A stretch of 64,000 nt of DNA from Arenicellales bacterium. Its GTDB lineage: Bacteria; Pseudomonadota; Gammaproteobacteria; Arenicellales; JAJDZL01. The translations under genes were made by a program, and so were the position numbers. Below, one piece after another: positions 28,717-39,185 of the stretch; the first letter of the stretch is position 1; each line of letters starts with the position of its first letter. The notes under the pieces are model-generated. The model did no database searches, was not told the DNA's origin, and was given only the letters and a program-made list of their open reading frames with translations. The stretch lies in NCBI GenBank assembly GCA_951813075.1, contig OX638343.1, positions 1,899,087 through 1,963,086 on the forward strand. Direction: 5' to 3'.

Positions 28717-28956
28717 ATGGCGAAACCTCACATTGCCCAAAGAGAACCATATGAAATGAAACTTGAACCCGGTGATTACTGGTGGTGCCGATGCGGGCTC
28801 TCGAATAAGCAGCCATTTTGCGATGGATCACATAAGGACACAAACTTCAATCCCGTGCAGGTGACAATTTCTCGAGCAGGTAAATATTGGTTATGCGGAT
28901 GCAAAAACACCCACAAACAGCCGTTCTGTGATGGAACACACAATTCACTCGATTGA
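28717..28956 (+). CDS. CDGSH-type iron-sulfur domain protein (two CDGSH motifs)
   Basis: 79 aa with CRCGLSNKQPFCDGSH and CGCKNTHKQPFCDGTH. Confidence 0.85.
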   Translation: MAKPHIAQREPYEMKLEPGDYWWCRCGLSNKQPFCDGSHKDTNFNPVQVTISRAGKYWLCGCKNTHKQPFCDGTHNSLD

Positions 28957-29021
28957 ATTCCCACTACACGGTACTCGTTCTCATCGAAATTCGGTTTAAT
29001 TTGAATTACTGAATTATCTCC

Positions 29022-29996
29022 GTGAATCAAACCAGCGTACTGGCATTTACACCAGGCGACCCAGCGGGAATAGGACCAGACCTGACACTGCAATTGGCGA
29101 GTCGACGTCAGCAGCATCGTATTGTTGTAATCGCAGACCGAATGTTGCTGGAGGAACGTGCGAAGCACCTTGGCGTTGATGTTGCATTTCGAGATTACGA
29201 TCGTGAATACCAACCAGTGGGTGAAATAGAATGTCTGCATATCGACTGTGGTGTAACGATACATCCTGGTCAAGCCGACGCCGGATACGCTGCATATATT
29301 CTTGAAACTCTTGACATTGCAATTGATGGTTGCATGTCGGGAGAATTCGATGCGATGGTGACAGGCCCGGTAAACAAGGAAACTATCATCCGCTCCGGTA
29401 TCGCTTTCACGGGTCACACTGAATACCTGGCTGAAAAAACCGGGTCGAGTTGCCCAGTCATGCTTCTTTCTGATGGAAATCTTCGGGTGGCACTGGCAAC
29501 AACCCATCTGCCACTGTCAAAAGTTCCTGACTCGATAACTCGACGCAGGATTTCAGATGTTGCAAAGGTGCTGCATCATGATCTTGTCAATCGTTTCAGA
29601 ATTGATTCCCCTCGTATCGGAGTTTGCGGGCTCAATCCGCACGCTGGTGAAGGTGGAAATTTGGGTATGGAGGAAATCAATGAGATCATCCCGGCAATCA
29701 AGGAACTCCAAGCTAAAAACATGGTAATTTCAGGACCTTATCCGGCCGATACAGTTTTCACTGGAAAAATGTTGAGCCGATTTGATGCGATTCTTTCCAT
29801 GTATCACGACCAGGGACTACCGGTGATAAAACACACCGGCTTCGGTGAAGTCGTCAATATCACGCTGGGCCTCCCAATTATCAGAACCTCTGTTGATCAC
29901 GGAACAGCCTACGATATTGCCGGAAGTGGTCAGGCTGATGCAAGCAGTTTGTTGAGTGCGCTTGCCATGGCTGCTGAACTCAGTTCCGCCGCGTAG
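29022..29996 (+). CDS. pdxA: 4-hydroxythreonine-4-phosphate dehydrogenase
   Basis: GDPAGIGPD, NPHAGEGG and SVDHGTA motifs. Precedes rsmA as in the classical pdxA-ksgA operon. Confidence 0.92.
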   Translation: MNQTSVLAFTPGDPAGIGPDLTLQLASRRQQHRIVVIADRMLLEERAKHLGVDVAFRDYDREYQPVGEIECLHIDCGVTIHPGQADAGYAAYILETLDIAIDGCMSGEFDAMVTGPVNKETIIRSGIAFTGHTEYLAEKTGSSCPVMLLSDGNLRVALATTHLPLSKVPDSITRRRISDVAKVLHHDLVNRFRIDSPRIGVCGLNPHAGEGGNLGMEEINEIIPAIKELQAKNMVISGPYPADTVFTGKMLSRFDAILSMYHDQGLPVIKHTGFGEVVNITLGLPIIRTSVDHGTAYDIAGSGQADASSLLSALAMAAELSSAA

Positions 29997-29998
29997 GC

Positions 29999-30796
29999 AT
30001 GACTGCTTCAACCAGAAGAAAACGGTTGGGACAGCATTTCCTGACCGACCCCCAGGTCATCGAAAAGATTGTCAGGTTGATCAACCCGAATTCTGACGAG
30101 ATTATGGTAGAGATAGGACCAGGCCGCGGTGCGTTGACAGAAAGACTCGCAGGCAGAACAGCTGAACTACACGCCATTGAACTTGACCGACAACTATTCA
30201 AGGAAATTCAACGGACGAATGCATCCGACTCGGTACACATACATCACGGCGACGCATTGAAGTTTGACTACCGTTCGCTGATATCTGGTAGCAGAAAACT
30301 GAGAATTGTCGGCAACCTGCCGTATTCGATCTCCTCACAATTGATCATGCGACTACTCAAATTTACCGATCGAATCGAGGACATGGTCTTCATGCTTCAG
30401 CGTGAAATGGCGATTCGACTGACTGCGCTATGTGGTGATCATCACTATGGCCGATTGACAGTTTGCGTAACTCGATCAATGCATGTGGAGAAAGTATTCG
30501 ATGTCCCTCCAAGTGCATTTTCACCTCCGCCCGAAGTACAATCCACTATGATTTACATGCGACCGAATGTTGTCGCGGAAACTGATTCGAGAATTGAAAA
30601 TGCCTTCGCCAATTTAGTTCGCCTGGCATTCAGTAACCGACGCAAAACATTGAGAAATTCCTTGGGAATAGTACTTGGTGAATGTAACTTCGCCGAATGC
30701 GATGTTGACTCAGGTCTACGTGCTCAGAATCTAACCGTCGATCAGTATTTGCGTCTCGCCGAATGCGCGGTCTCCAACAATATAGAAGTCCGATGA
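29999..30796 (+). CDS. rsmA: 16S rRNA (adenine1518/1519-N6)-dimethyltransferase
   Basis: LGQHFL start block, SAM-binding site VEIGPGRGALT, and GNLPY motif. Confidence 0.92.
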   Translation: MTASTRRKRLGQHFLTDPQVIEKIVRLINPNSDEIMVEIGPGRGALTERLAGRTAELHAIELDRQLFKEIQRTNASDSVHIHHGDALKFDYRSLISGSRKLRIVGNLPYSISSQLIMRLLKFTDRIEDMVFMLQREMAIRLTALCGDHHYGRLTVCVTRSMHVEKVFDVPPSAFSPPPEVQSTMIYMRPNVVAETDSRIENAFANLVRLAFSNRRKTLRNSLGIVLGECNFAECDVDSGLRAQNLTVDQYLRLAECAVSNNIEVR

Positions 30797-31392
30797 AATT
30801 TACCAGACAAGTGTGTCAACATAAGTTATTGGGATTGCTGCTGATTGCAGCGATTGTTGCGCTTACCGACAATTCGCCCGCCCAGGCAAATTATTTTGAC
30901 TGTAGTGTCGTCTATGATGAATTTGATCAGTTGATGTTGGCCAACTTCTTGGTCGAACCCGGGCGGTATGTAGACACGCTTGAAGACAGCATCAGTCGAC
31001 AAGAACACGTCCAATATCAATTGAATGAATTCAAACTACGCAAAGGCCGTCGAAATTCAGGTATCGGTGTCTTCGTAACCAATCAGAGGCTGCATGGGAA
31101 AATGCTGTATGTCTGGCAGGATAACGCGTGGGAAGAAAGAACACCACTGGTGATTGAGGAAATAATCACGTTCGGTCGCATCCGCGATGGTTATGCCCCC
31201 GTTCGACAAAGATCAGTCTACCTCACACCGGGTTCTGCAGTTGACCTCGATAGTGCAACCGCTGTAGAACCGGAAGATGAAACCGCGGATCTCGTGTATG
31301 TTTTCGAAGGCGGCGTCTATTCACTTAGACGCATCGAACCATCGCAGGTTTACTTTCCGGTCGAATCGATGTGTCACGAACTGGCATCGTAA
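30793..31392 (+). CDS. Hypothetical secreted protein
   Basis: Start at MKFTRQVCQHKLLGLLLIAAIVALTDNSPAQA, an ATGA overlap with the rsmA stop. No family recognised. Confidence 0.6.
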   Translation: MKFTRQVCQHKLLGLLLIAAIVALTDNSPAQANYFDCSVVYDEFDQLMLANFLVEPGRYVDTLEDSISRQEHVQYQLNEFKLRKGRRNSGIGVFVTNQRLHGKMLYVWQDNAWEERTPLVIEEIITFGRIRDGYAPVRQRSVYLTPGSAVDLDSATAVEPEDETADLVYVFEGGVYSLRRIEPSQVYFPVESMCHELAS

Positions 31393-31410
31393 TACAGGCC
31401 GGATCACCGG

Positions 31411-32181
31411 TCAGTCGGTGGTTTTCGGTGTGACGTCTTGAACGTCCTCAGAAGCGAATGCAGAACTTATTTCCGGCATCGTCTTTCGAATCCAGTTTTC
31501 TGCAATCTTATTCATCTGCCTCGGTTTGAGGTTTTCAGGATAGATGGGTTCGCCGATTCGTACGCGAATAATGCCAGGGTGTTTCCTGAATTCCCTGCGA
31601 CGCCAGTAGTCACCAGCATTGTGTGCGACAGGTACCAGCGGAACACCGGCGCGTATCGCCAGCAGTGAAGCACTGGCGAGATATTTGCCATGCTTGCCCG
31701 GTTCGATTCTTGTACCTTCCGGAAACACAACCACCCATCGTCCTTCTTCCAGCACGCCTGTTCCCTGCTTGATGACATCTTCCAACGCTTTACGTACCTC
31801 ACCGCGATCAATCTTGATCGGATGCGTCGCTGCCAATCCCCAACCAAAAAATGGAATATAAAGAAGCGAGCGCTTCAATACCCAAGCCTGTGGTGGGAAA
31901 ATGGTCTGGTATGCAATTGTTTCCCAAGCCGATTGATGCTTGGAAAATATCACACAAGGAGCAGACGGCAGATTTTCCAACCCGTCGACCTCATGGCGTA
32001 ATCCACAGGCCACTTTGAGCAACCAGATGACAAAATGTGCCCACAAACCGATCACTTTCGAACGAAACTTCGGTTCGCAGAAATACACGGCAACGGCAAC
32101 CGGCCAGTACAGCAAAGCTGCCAAAACCATACCCGTCATAAAGATTGACGCTCTGATATTGCCGATCACAATTAAATCCAA
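31411..32181 (-). CDS. plsC: 1-acyl-sn-glycerol-3-phosphate (lysophospholipid) acyltransferase
   Basis: Acyltransferase motifs KHQSAWE (the HX4D/E block) and VVFPEGTR, with an N-terminal TM segment. Confidence 0.85.
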   Translation of the reverse strand: MDLIVIGNIRASIFMTGMVLAALLYWPVAVAVYFCEPKFRSKVIGLWAHFVIWLLKVACGLRHEVDGLENLPSAPCVIFSKHQSAWETIAYQTIFPPQAWVLKRSLLYIPFFGWGLAATHPIKIDRGEVRKALEDVIKQGTGVLEEGRWVVVFPEGTRIEPGKHGKYLASASLLAIRAGVPLVPVAHNAGDYWRRREFRKHPGIIRVRIGEPIYPENLKPRQMNKIAENWIRKTMPEISSAFASEDVQDVTPKTTD

Positions 32182-32220
32182 TAAGCGAAACCGAATAATC
32201 TTGCAATGGACGCGTACTGT

Positions 32221-32553
32221 TTAGGATTCAAAATCCGAAACCCTCAAAATCCCATCGACAATTTTGCCTTTTCGTTCCAGAATTCTGGTCATTTTCGCCC
32301 AGAACGCATCGTTGAGATCAAAGTCAGCCGCAATCGATGTACCGAGCAACAGGATCAGCAGATCTGCACATTCTTCAGACAGGCATTCCTTGCCTTTTCC
32401 TTTGGTCACTGCTGCAGAAATCTCTCCGAGTTCCTCAGCCATCAGTGCGACGCGGAACCTGAGATCATGCCCACCGGTATTTGCAAAGTCATGCTTGGCG
32501 TGAAATTCTCTTACAGCATCAAGCATCTGCTCATATGAATCCTTACTCATCAA
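32221..32553 (-). CDS. MazG-like nucleotide pyrophosphohydrolase domain protein
   Basis: 110 aa with the EExxE-type helix pair (LMAEELGEISAA, SEECADLL). Its start codon abuts the glyQS stop at 32553/32554. Confidence 0.7.
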   Translation of the reverse strand: MMSKDSYEQMLDAVREFHAKHDFANTGGHDLRFRVALMAEELGEISAAVTKGKGKECLSEECADLLILLLGTSIAADFDLNDAFWAKMTRILERKGKIVDGILRVSDFES

Positions 32554-35500
32554 CTACACCTTGACGGGTTTGAGAAGAGACAATTCTGCAACTTCACGGA
32601 AAAGACCACTTACAAATCTGACGAGTGCCACACGATTCCGGCGAACCTCAAGATCTTCATCCATAACCATCACGTCATCGAAAAATCGATCAATCGGATC
32701 ACGCAACACAGACAGCTTGCGAAGAATCTCACCATGCCGCGATTCGCTGACCAAAGGAACTATCTGGCTGCTGAGTGTCAAAGCATGCTCATAGAGCCGC
32801 AGTTCGGATTGATCAGCAAGAAGATCGGGATTCACTTTAGCGGGGTCCGAATCGCTGCTTTGTCGCAAAATGTTACTGATTCGTTTGTTGGCTGCAATCA
32901 GATCTGAATACTCGGCTAATTCTCTGAACTCCCTTACTGCCTGGATACGTTTATCAAATTCGAGTGGTTTGACTGGTTTCAATTCGTAGACTGCTGCAAA
33001 TTCGTCCGCGGAGTACCCCTGATCAAGATAGTAGGCTCTGAGGCGTTCCAACATGAATTCGAAAATTTTCTGCTCGAGGTTGCCGTCCGGTGCTACTTTT
33101 ATCGCACTATCCGGCCGACCTTTTTGATCAACATACACAGTTACAGACTGTTTCAGCAAATCGACCAGATCCAAGTCCATGCCACATTCGATGATGATTC
33201 TAAGGATAGCGATCGTCATGCGTCTCAGCGAATAGGGATCTCGGTCACCGCTGACTTTCTCACCTGCTGCCATGAGTCCCACGATCGAATCCAGTCGGTC
33301 TGCAACAGCAATCACTCTCGCGACATCGGAGCCTGGCAGCGAATCTGTCACATTTCGCGGCATGTAGTGTTCTTCGACAGCCTCCGCCACTGTCGGTGAT
33401 TCACCGTCAAACTGCGCGTAATATCGCCCCATTACACCCTGTAGATTCGGAAATTCACCGACCATTTCAGTTATCAAATCCACTTTGGCGAGTTGTGCCG
33501 CTCTTTTTACCTCATGTTCATTCGTTCCGAGTTTCAAAGCGATGAATACTGCCAGCGCTCCAATTCGCACTGTTTTCGAGTTGACTGATCCGAGCGATTT
33601 ATGAAACATGAGATCATTGAGCATTGGGGATTTGCTTGCAAGTGTCGTACGACAATCCTGCTCCCAGAAAAACTTTGCATCAGATAGCCTCGCCCGCAGA
33701 ACACGTTCGTTCCCCTTGGCTATTCGTCCTTCGGGGTCGTTGCTGGCGGGTTTGATGTTGGCAACACCAATGAATCGGTTGATCAAATCGCCTCTGACAT
33801 CAAACATCGGAAAAAATTTCTGATGATGTCGCATTGAAGTAATCAAAACTTCGGGAGGAAGCTCTAAAAACGATTCGTCGAACGATCCACAAAAAACATG
33901 AGGCCATTCGACCAAATTGGTAACTTGATCCAACAGTTCTTCGTCGTTCAGGGTTGTGGCATCAAATTCTTTTTGAAGCGCATTCATCTGATCGCGAATC
34001 AAGTTATTGCGAATCTGCCAATCAGTCACCACCCGACCCTGCTCAAGTAGAACACGATCGTATTCAGACGCGGATCGGATTGTCACCATATTCGTCGCAT
34101 GAAACCGATGGCCGCGGCTCAGTCTGCCGGATTGTATTGCAAAGATTTCGTATGGTACGATTTCATCGCCGTGCAACAGCACGATCCAATGGACCGGTCG
34201 AACGAACTCACTTTCGTTATTCGCCCAGCGCATTCGCTTCGGCACCGGCAATCGGGAAATAGCATTGTTCACACATTCTGGTATAAGCTCATCAGCATCA
34301 CGGCCTGGTTCAGTGATCTCACAGGATACAAAACTGCCTTTTTCCGATTCCGTGATTGCGAGTTCGCTGACATTCACGCCACAAGCGGCTGCGAAACCGA
34401 TTGCCGCTTGGGTCGGTTCACCATCTTTGTCGTAAGCTCTTGAAACTGGAGGTCCACGGCGCTGCCGGGTTATGTCTTCACGTCGAGACCAGACATCGTT
34501 GACTGTCACCGCCAGCCGCCGGGGAGTTGCGTACCATCTGGACTCTTTGTCAAGCGTGTCGATCAGCCCTGATTCCAGTAACTCGTTTTTCAGCTCACTT
34601 TCCAACACAGAACCCAATTGATTAATTACATTTGGTGGAAGTTCCTCTGTACCAATTTCCAAAAGCAGTGGACGAGCCACCCCTGTTTGACTTGAAGATT
34701 GTCTCTCGCGTGACTGTTCGGTACGAGTTACAATTTTTTCTTCGTTGTATATCAAATTCGGAAACTGTTTGGCTTCGCGGCTTTTGTAGTAAGCAGTCGC
34801 AACTTCGCGTGCGAGTGCCCTGACTCGCCCGATGAATCGCGCCCGTTCGGTTACCCCAATGACTCGTCGGGCGTCCAGCAGATTGAATGTATGTGATGCC
34901 TGAAGTGTCTGTTCATAAGCCGGTAGTGACAATCCAAGCGCAACCAGCTTGTTACATTGCGTTTCGCAGGCATCAAAACGTCGAAATAATTCTTCCGTAT
35001 CGGCTTTCTCGAAATTGTAGGTGGACTGTTCCTGTTCATTTTGCAGATACAGATCGCCATATCTGAATCGATCGTTCCACTTGAGGTCGAAAACGCTATC
35101 GACTCCTTGCACATACATGGCAATTCGCTCAAGGCCGTAGGTAATCTCACCAGTCACAGGTCTGCATTCAAACCCTCCTGCCTGCTGGAAGTAGGTAACC
35201 TGCGTGATTTCCATACCGTTCAGCCAGACTTCCCAGCCTAGGCCCCACGCTCCCAGAGTCGGTGACTCCCAGTCATCTTCTACAAATCTGATGTCGTCCT
35301 TGAGTGGATCAATTCCCAATTCAATCAAAGATTTGATATAGAGATCCTGAAAATCAAGCGGGGATGGCTTTAAAACTACCTGATATTGAAAGTAATGCTG
35401 CAGTCGGTTCGGATTTTCACCGTAGCGACCGTCAGTTGGACGTCGGGATGGCTGAACATAGGCTGATCGGGAAGGTTCCGGTCCAATTGCTGCCAGAAAT

Positions 35501-35613
35501 GTCGCAGGATGAAAGGTACCAGCGCCTACCTCCATATCGTAGGGTTGCAGAATCACGCACCCGTTTTCCGCCCAATATTGATTGAGCGAGAATATGATCT
35601 GTTGGAAATTCAA
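32554..35613 (-). CDS. glyQS: Glycine--tRNA ligase, fused alpha (GlyQ) and beta (GlyS) subunits
   Basis: A single 1019-aa ORF. Residues 1 to about 290 are GlyQ-like ([34 protein letters not shown]). A Ser/Gln/Arg-rich linker ([16 protein letters not shown]) follows, then a GlyS-like body starts at [12 protein letters not shown]. Confidence 0.9.
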   Translation of the reverse strand: MNFQQIIFSLNQYWAENGCVILQPYDMEVGAGTFHPATFLAAIGPEPSRSAYVQPSRRPTDGRYGENPNRLQHYFQYQVVLKPSPLDFQDLYIKSLIELGIDPLKDDIRFVEDDWESPTLGAWGLGWEVWLNGMEITQVTYFQQAGGFECRPVTGEITYGLERIAMYVQGVDSVFDLKWNDRFRYGDLYLQNEQEQSTYNFEKADTEELFRRFDACETQCNKLVALGLSLPAYEQTLQASHTFNLLDARRVIGVTERARFIGRVRALAREVATAYYKSREAKQFPNLIYNEEKIVTRTEQSRERQSSSQTGVARPLLLEIGTEELPPNVINQLGSVLESELKNELLESGLIDTLDKESRWYATPRRLAVTVNDVWSRREDITRQRRGPPVSRAYDKDGEPTQAAIGFAAACGVNVSELAITESEKGSFVSCEITEPGRDADELIPECVNNAISRLPVPKRMRWANNESEFVRPVHWIVLLHGDEIVPYEIFAIQSGRLSRGHRFHATNMVTIRSASEYDRVLLEQGRVVTDWQIRNNLIRDQMNALQKEFDATTLNDEELLDQVTNLVEWPHVFCGSFDESFLELPPEVLITSMRHHQKFFPMFDVRGDLINRFIGVANIKPASNDPEGRIAKGNERVLRARLSDAKFFWEQDCRTTLASKSPMLNDLMFHKSLGSVNSKTVRIGALAVFIALKLGTNEHEVKRAAQLAKVDLITEMVGEFPNLQGVMGRYYAQFDGESPTVAEAVEEHYMPRNVTDSLPGSDVARVIAVADRLDSIVGLMAAGEKVSGDRDPYSLRRMTIAILRIIIECGMDLDLVDLLKQSVTVYVDQKGRPDSAIKVAPDGNLEQKIFEFMLERLRAYYLDQGYSADEFAAVYELKPVKPLEFDKRIQAVREFRELAEYSDLIAANKRISNILRQSSDSDPAKVNPDLLADQSELRLYEHALTLSSQIVPLVSESRHGEILRKLSVLRDPIDRFFDDVMVMDEDLEVRRNRVALVRFVSGLFREVAELSLLKPVKV

Positions 35614-36162
35614 ATGGAACCCCTGGAAAGCAATTGCTTGAATTTGGACGTTTGGCAGTCCTGTTTAATGGATTTCGAGAGTACCAAACCGTGGATTTGA
35701 GACCGAAATTCTGGTTTGTGCGTTTAATTATATCTTTATAGGATATTCGTTAATTTACTGAGTTTTTCTTCGAACTATCGTGTCAAGATTTGATTTCGAA
35801 TACCGATTTCTATAAATAATTGCAAAGCCGCCATAATTCAGCCATCGCTCTGCTTTCCGTCACCCACAAATCCAGAGTCACAGAATTGGATTGACCCCAA
35901 CTTCCAATTCAATGCGTACTGATTTGGCTATTCCCCTCGTAATCATAATCCGACCAATAACTAGTAAATCCCTTCGGCTGATCGTAACCTGGTCTTATGG
36001 AACCCATATCTTCTTGTGCGTAGACTTCCATACTGAGAATTCAGCTGTCGTTGCGTCCGGTAAAGCCGCGAGATGTTCTTCAGTCGGTGCCCGGTACGGA
36101 TGTGCCCGCGATCCTCATCGAAGTTCCGGTCAACCATGGCGTCCTGATCCCGTTGTAATTGT

Positions 36163-37320
36163 CTATTTACACGGTACACCAATGAATTCCAGATAGTTTT
36201 CCGGATGAATAATTTGAAATGAACTGTCTGGATAGGCTTGGCGCCAGCCACTTGGCGGGCGCATCGAGGACTTTGGAGACCACTTCAGTTCTACTGCATG
36301 TAGTTGTCCGCCCGTTTCTTCAATTAAATCGATCTCCTGTCGATCATATGTTCGCCAGAAATAGCTGTCCGCAAAACGTCGAAAGTAGAGATTCTGTTTC
36401 ATCCGCTCAACCAGTACGTAGTTCTCCCAGAGAGCGCCGGTATCGTCTCGCAGATTGATTGGATTGAAATTGTTAATCAATCCATTGCGGATTCCATTGT
36501 CATAAAAATAGTAGCGGCGGCTCTTGCTGATTTCTTTGCGTAAATTGCGGCTAAATCCGTACCGGCTGTATAGGACATAGGACTTTTCCAGCAGACCAAG
36601 ATATCGCTCTACGGAATTCTTGCTTAGACCCAGCTGACTGCCCAGTTCAGAAAGCGAAACCTCCTGACCAATTTGAAATGCGACGAGTTGCAGCAGGCGA
36701 AGCAGTTTGTCAGTATAACGAATACCCTCGATTTGGAGAATGTCCCTGAACAAATACGAAGCAATCAGTTCCTTGAGGTAGATTTGGCGTTCTTCGTTTG
36801 ACGCCATGAGAACGACCTCAGGATATGAACCGTAAATAATCCGTGATTCCAGATTGGCCCTGGTTTCGTGAGATTCTTCTACATTCTGAAGCTCAAATTG
36901 CGCAAGCGGTAGCAAGAGCAAAGTAAATTTTCGTCCTGTTAGGGGTTCACCAGTAAATCGCGCGACATCGAATGATGAAGACCCAGTTGCGACAATGCGC
37001 AATCCCTCAACATGATCTACCAGTAGTTTCAGGTTGAGTCCAACCTGTCGCACATACTGCGCCTCATCGACAACAAGCGTTCGCCTTGTGCCGACAAAAC
37101 TTTTCAGTTTGGAAACGGACTGGCTTTCCAAATATTCCCGAACCGTTATGTCTTCACCGGTTACAACCAGCGCATTTGGATCGTATTGTTGAACGTAACG
37201 CTGAATCAAAGTGGTTTTGCCAACGCGGCGAGGACCATAAACGACTGCGACATTGCCCGGTGCAACTATTGATTTAAGTTGCGTTAACTGTTCTTGGGGT
37301 ATGTAGTGAAAATTTGACAA
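36163..37320 (-). CDS. AAA+ ATPase with wHTH and DUF4143-type C-terminal domain (COG1373-like)
   Basis: Walker A GPRRVGKTT and Walker B LVVDEAQ. HTH-like segment LSELGSQLGLSKNSVERYLGLLE. C-terminal EIDLI...AVELKW resembles a PD-(D/E)xK core. TTG start. Confidence 0.8.
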   Translation of the reverse strand: MSNFHYIPQEQLTQLKSIVAPGNVAVVYGPRRVGKTTLIQRYVQQYDPNALVVTGEDITVREYLESQSVSKLKSFVGTRRTLVVDEAQYVRQVGLNLKLLVDHVEGLRIVATGSSSFDVARFTGEPLTGRKFTLLLLPLAQFELQNVEESHETRANLESRIIYGSYPEVVLMASNEERQIYLKELIASYLFRDILQIEGIRYTDKLLRLLQLVAFQIGQEVSLSELGSQLGLSKNSVERYLGLLEKSYVLYSRYGFSRNLRKEISKSRRYYFYDNGIRNGLINNFNPINLRDDTGALWENYVLVERMKQNLYFRRFADSYFWRTYDRQEIDLIEETGGQLHAVELKWSPKSSMRPPSGWRQAYPDSSFQIIHPENYLEFIGVPCK

Positions 37321-38141
37321 AGTGACTATATTTATACAAATTACGTCAGTATATTATTACTTATTTAGAATAATTTAGTCAGAAATACAATTCAATACCC
37401 ATTATTGAGATTTTTTCGTTGGACATGATTCTACAGCTTCCAGGCGCGGGATATACCAACGAATGGTGTATTGTCACGAAAATCTGAAACAGACGAGTGT
37501 ATTCCAAACAAAGTTCAGGCAAGTTTCGGCGCAAGACGGATGGCTACACAACTTGTGACAGATTCTGTTGCGTCGATGCCACCAAAATCATCCTGTTAGA
37601 AAGAAATTATTCATGTTGAATATGACAGGTTATTATCTTTTTATGTTCAAGTTGTCTGTTCACTTCTGTAGATTTTTCAAACAAATTGACCGGCAAAATA
37701 AACCGTGAATTCATTTCTTCCTTCTGTAGAAAACGTGAAACGTAGTATATTGCTAGCGTTATAGTATTGAATTTATTATCCAAATCGGTTGAATTATTAA
37801 GGGATCATCTACCAATCGATAGAGGATATGTCCAATTTCAGCATCGGTCGCGAATCATTTTTGAGGCGACGAGTTGTGCGAACGATACGGCTCGCAGCAA
37901 CCGGGAGTCGACAAGAGTATGATCGCGCATTGGCTGGTTCGTCCGCTGGGCTGAACACTCAGATTTACGTCTGAATTTGCCGCAAACTATTACAGGACTG
38001 TCGTTTGAAACCTAACTGAAGCGTACTACGCGCGAGATTGGCGAGAAACTAGAATTCATCCAACCCGAATTTTCAACCAACATTTCCAACAAGCCATACA
38101 AGTACAATACCCACAAAAGTAATTGTGACCCTGATAACACT

Positions 38142-39185
38142 ATGAAAACCCAAAGAAAAGTAGTTGCGCTGATTTCTGGTGGCCTGGATTCCATGCTCGC
38201 GGCCCGTATCATGCTGGGGCAGAATCTTCATGTTGAAGGATTGAATATATTTACAGGGTTCTGTGTGCAAGGACACACTCATGCGATCCGCAATGAGCAC
38301 CGCAAAAAGCAAAAGCGCAACGATGCACTCTGGGTTGCCGAAAAGATCGGAATCAAACTTCATATCATTGACGCGATCGAGGCCTACAAGGACGTGGTTC
38401 TGAATCCGAAACATGGCTACGGCGCCAATCTCAATCCCTGTCTTGACTGCAAAGGATTCATGGTCGGCAAGGCCCGGGATTGGATGGAACAAAACGGATT
38501 CGATTTCATCGTTACCGGAGAAGTGCTGGGACAGCGGCCGAAGTCGCAAAAACGTTCAACATTTCCTGTCGTTGCTCGGGAATCAGGCGCGTTTGACCGT
38601 TTACTGCGTCCGTTGAGCGCACAACTATTGCCTCCAACATTACCTGAGCGAGCGGGGTGGGTCGATCGCGAGAAACTCTTTAAGTTTTCCGGGCGATCGC
38701 GTCGCGGCCAGATCGAACTTGCAAATGACTTTGGAATTACCGAATTCTCACAACCGGCGGGCGGATGTTGTTTCTTGACCGATACGGCGTACTCAAGAAA
38801 GCTCCAGGACTTCTGGGACCACCGTCCGGATCGAGATTATGAGCTCGACGACATCATGCTGCTCAAAGTCGGACGACATCTTCGCCTGACCGATAGCTGG
38901 AAACTGATCATCGCCAGAGACTCCGGTGAAACCCATTATCTGAATGGATACAGGTCTAAGTTCGCGCACTTCGCCATAACCAGTCATTCTGGACCAGTGA
39001 CACTGGTCGATGGTGACATCCCTGATGCGGACGTGGAAATGGCTGCTCGTGTTGTCGCCCGCTTCGGTAGTACGCGCGACGCTGAAAGTGTCGATGTCTG
39101 CTTTACACGATCCGATGGAAGCCAGCATACCTTGACCGTATTACCGATGCTCCCTTCGGAAATATCTGAACCGTGGTACGTGTAG
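38142..39185 (+). CDS. PP-loop ATP pyrophosphatase, ThiI-like sulfurtransferase core without THUMP/NFLD or rhodanese domains
   Basis: PP-loop ALISGGLDS at the N-terminus. ThiI-like blocks IVTGEVLGQRPKSQ, LRPL and AGGCCFLTD, plus CxxC in NPCLDCKG. About 130 aa at the C-terminus are of unknown type. Confidence 0.7.
   Translation: MKTQRKVVALISGGLDSMLAARIMLGQNLHVEGLNIFTGFCVQGHTHAIRNEHRKKQKRNDALWVAEKIGIKLHIIDAIEAYKDVVLNPKHGYGANLNPCLDCKGFMVGKARDWMEQNGFDFIVTGEVLGQRPKSQKRSTFPVVARESGAFDRLLRPLSAQLLPPTLPERAGWVDREKLFKFSGRSRRGQIELANDFGITEFSQPAGGCCFLTDTAYSRKLQDFWDHRPDRDYELDDIMLLKVGRHLRLTDSWKLIIARDSGETHYLNGYRSKFAHFAITSHSGPVTLVDGDIPDADVEMAARVVARFGSTRDAESVDVCFTRSDGSQHTLTVLPMLPSEISEPWYV

Noticed and set aside
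35891-36251. Overlapping 101-aa (+) and 96-aa (-) ORFs downstream of the AAA+ gene.
   Set aside because: The two overlap each other and the 3' end of the ATPase gene. Their translations are highly basic and low-complexity. I treat them as possible gene debris, not genes (see the islet finding).
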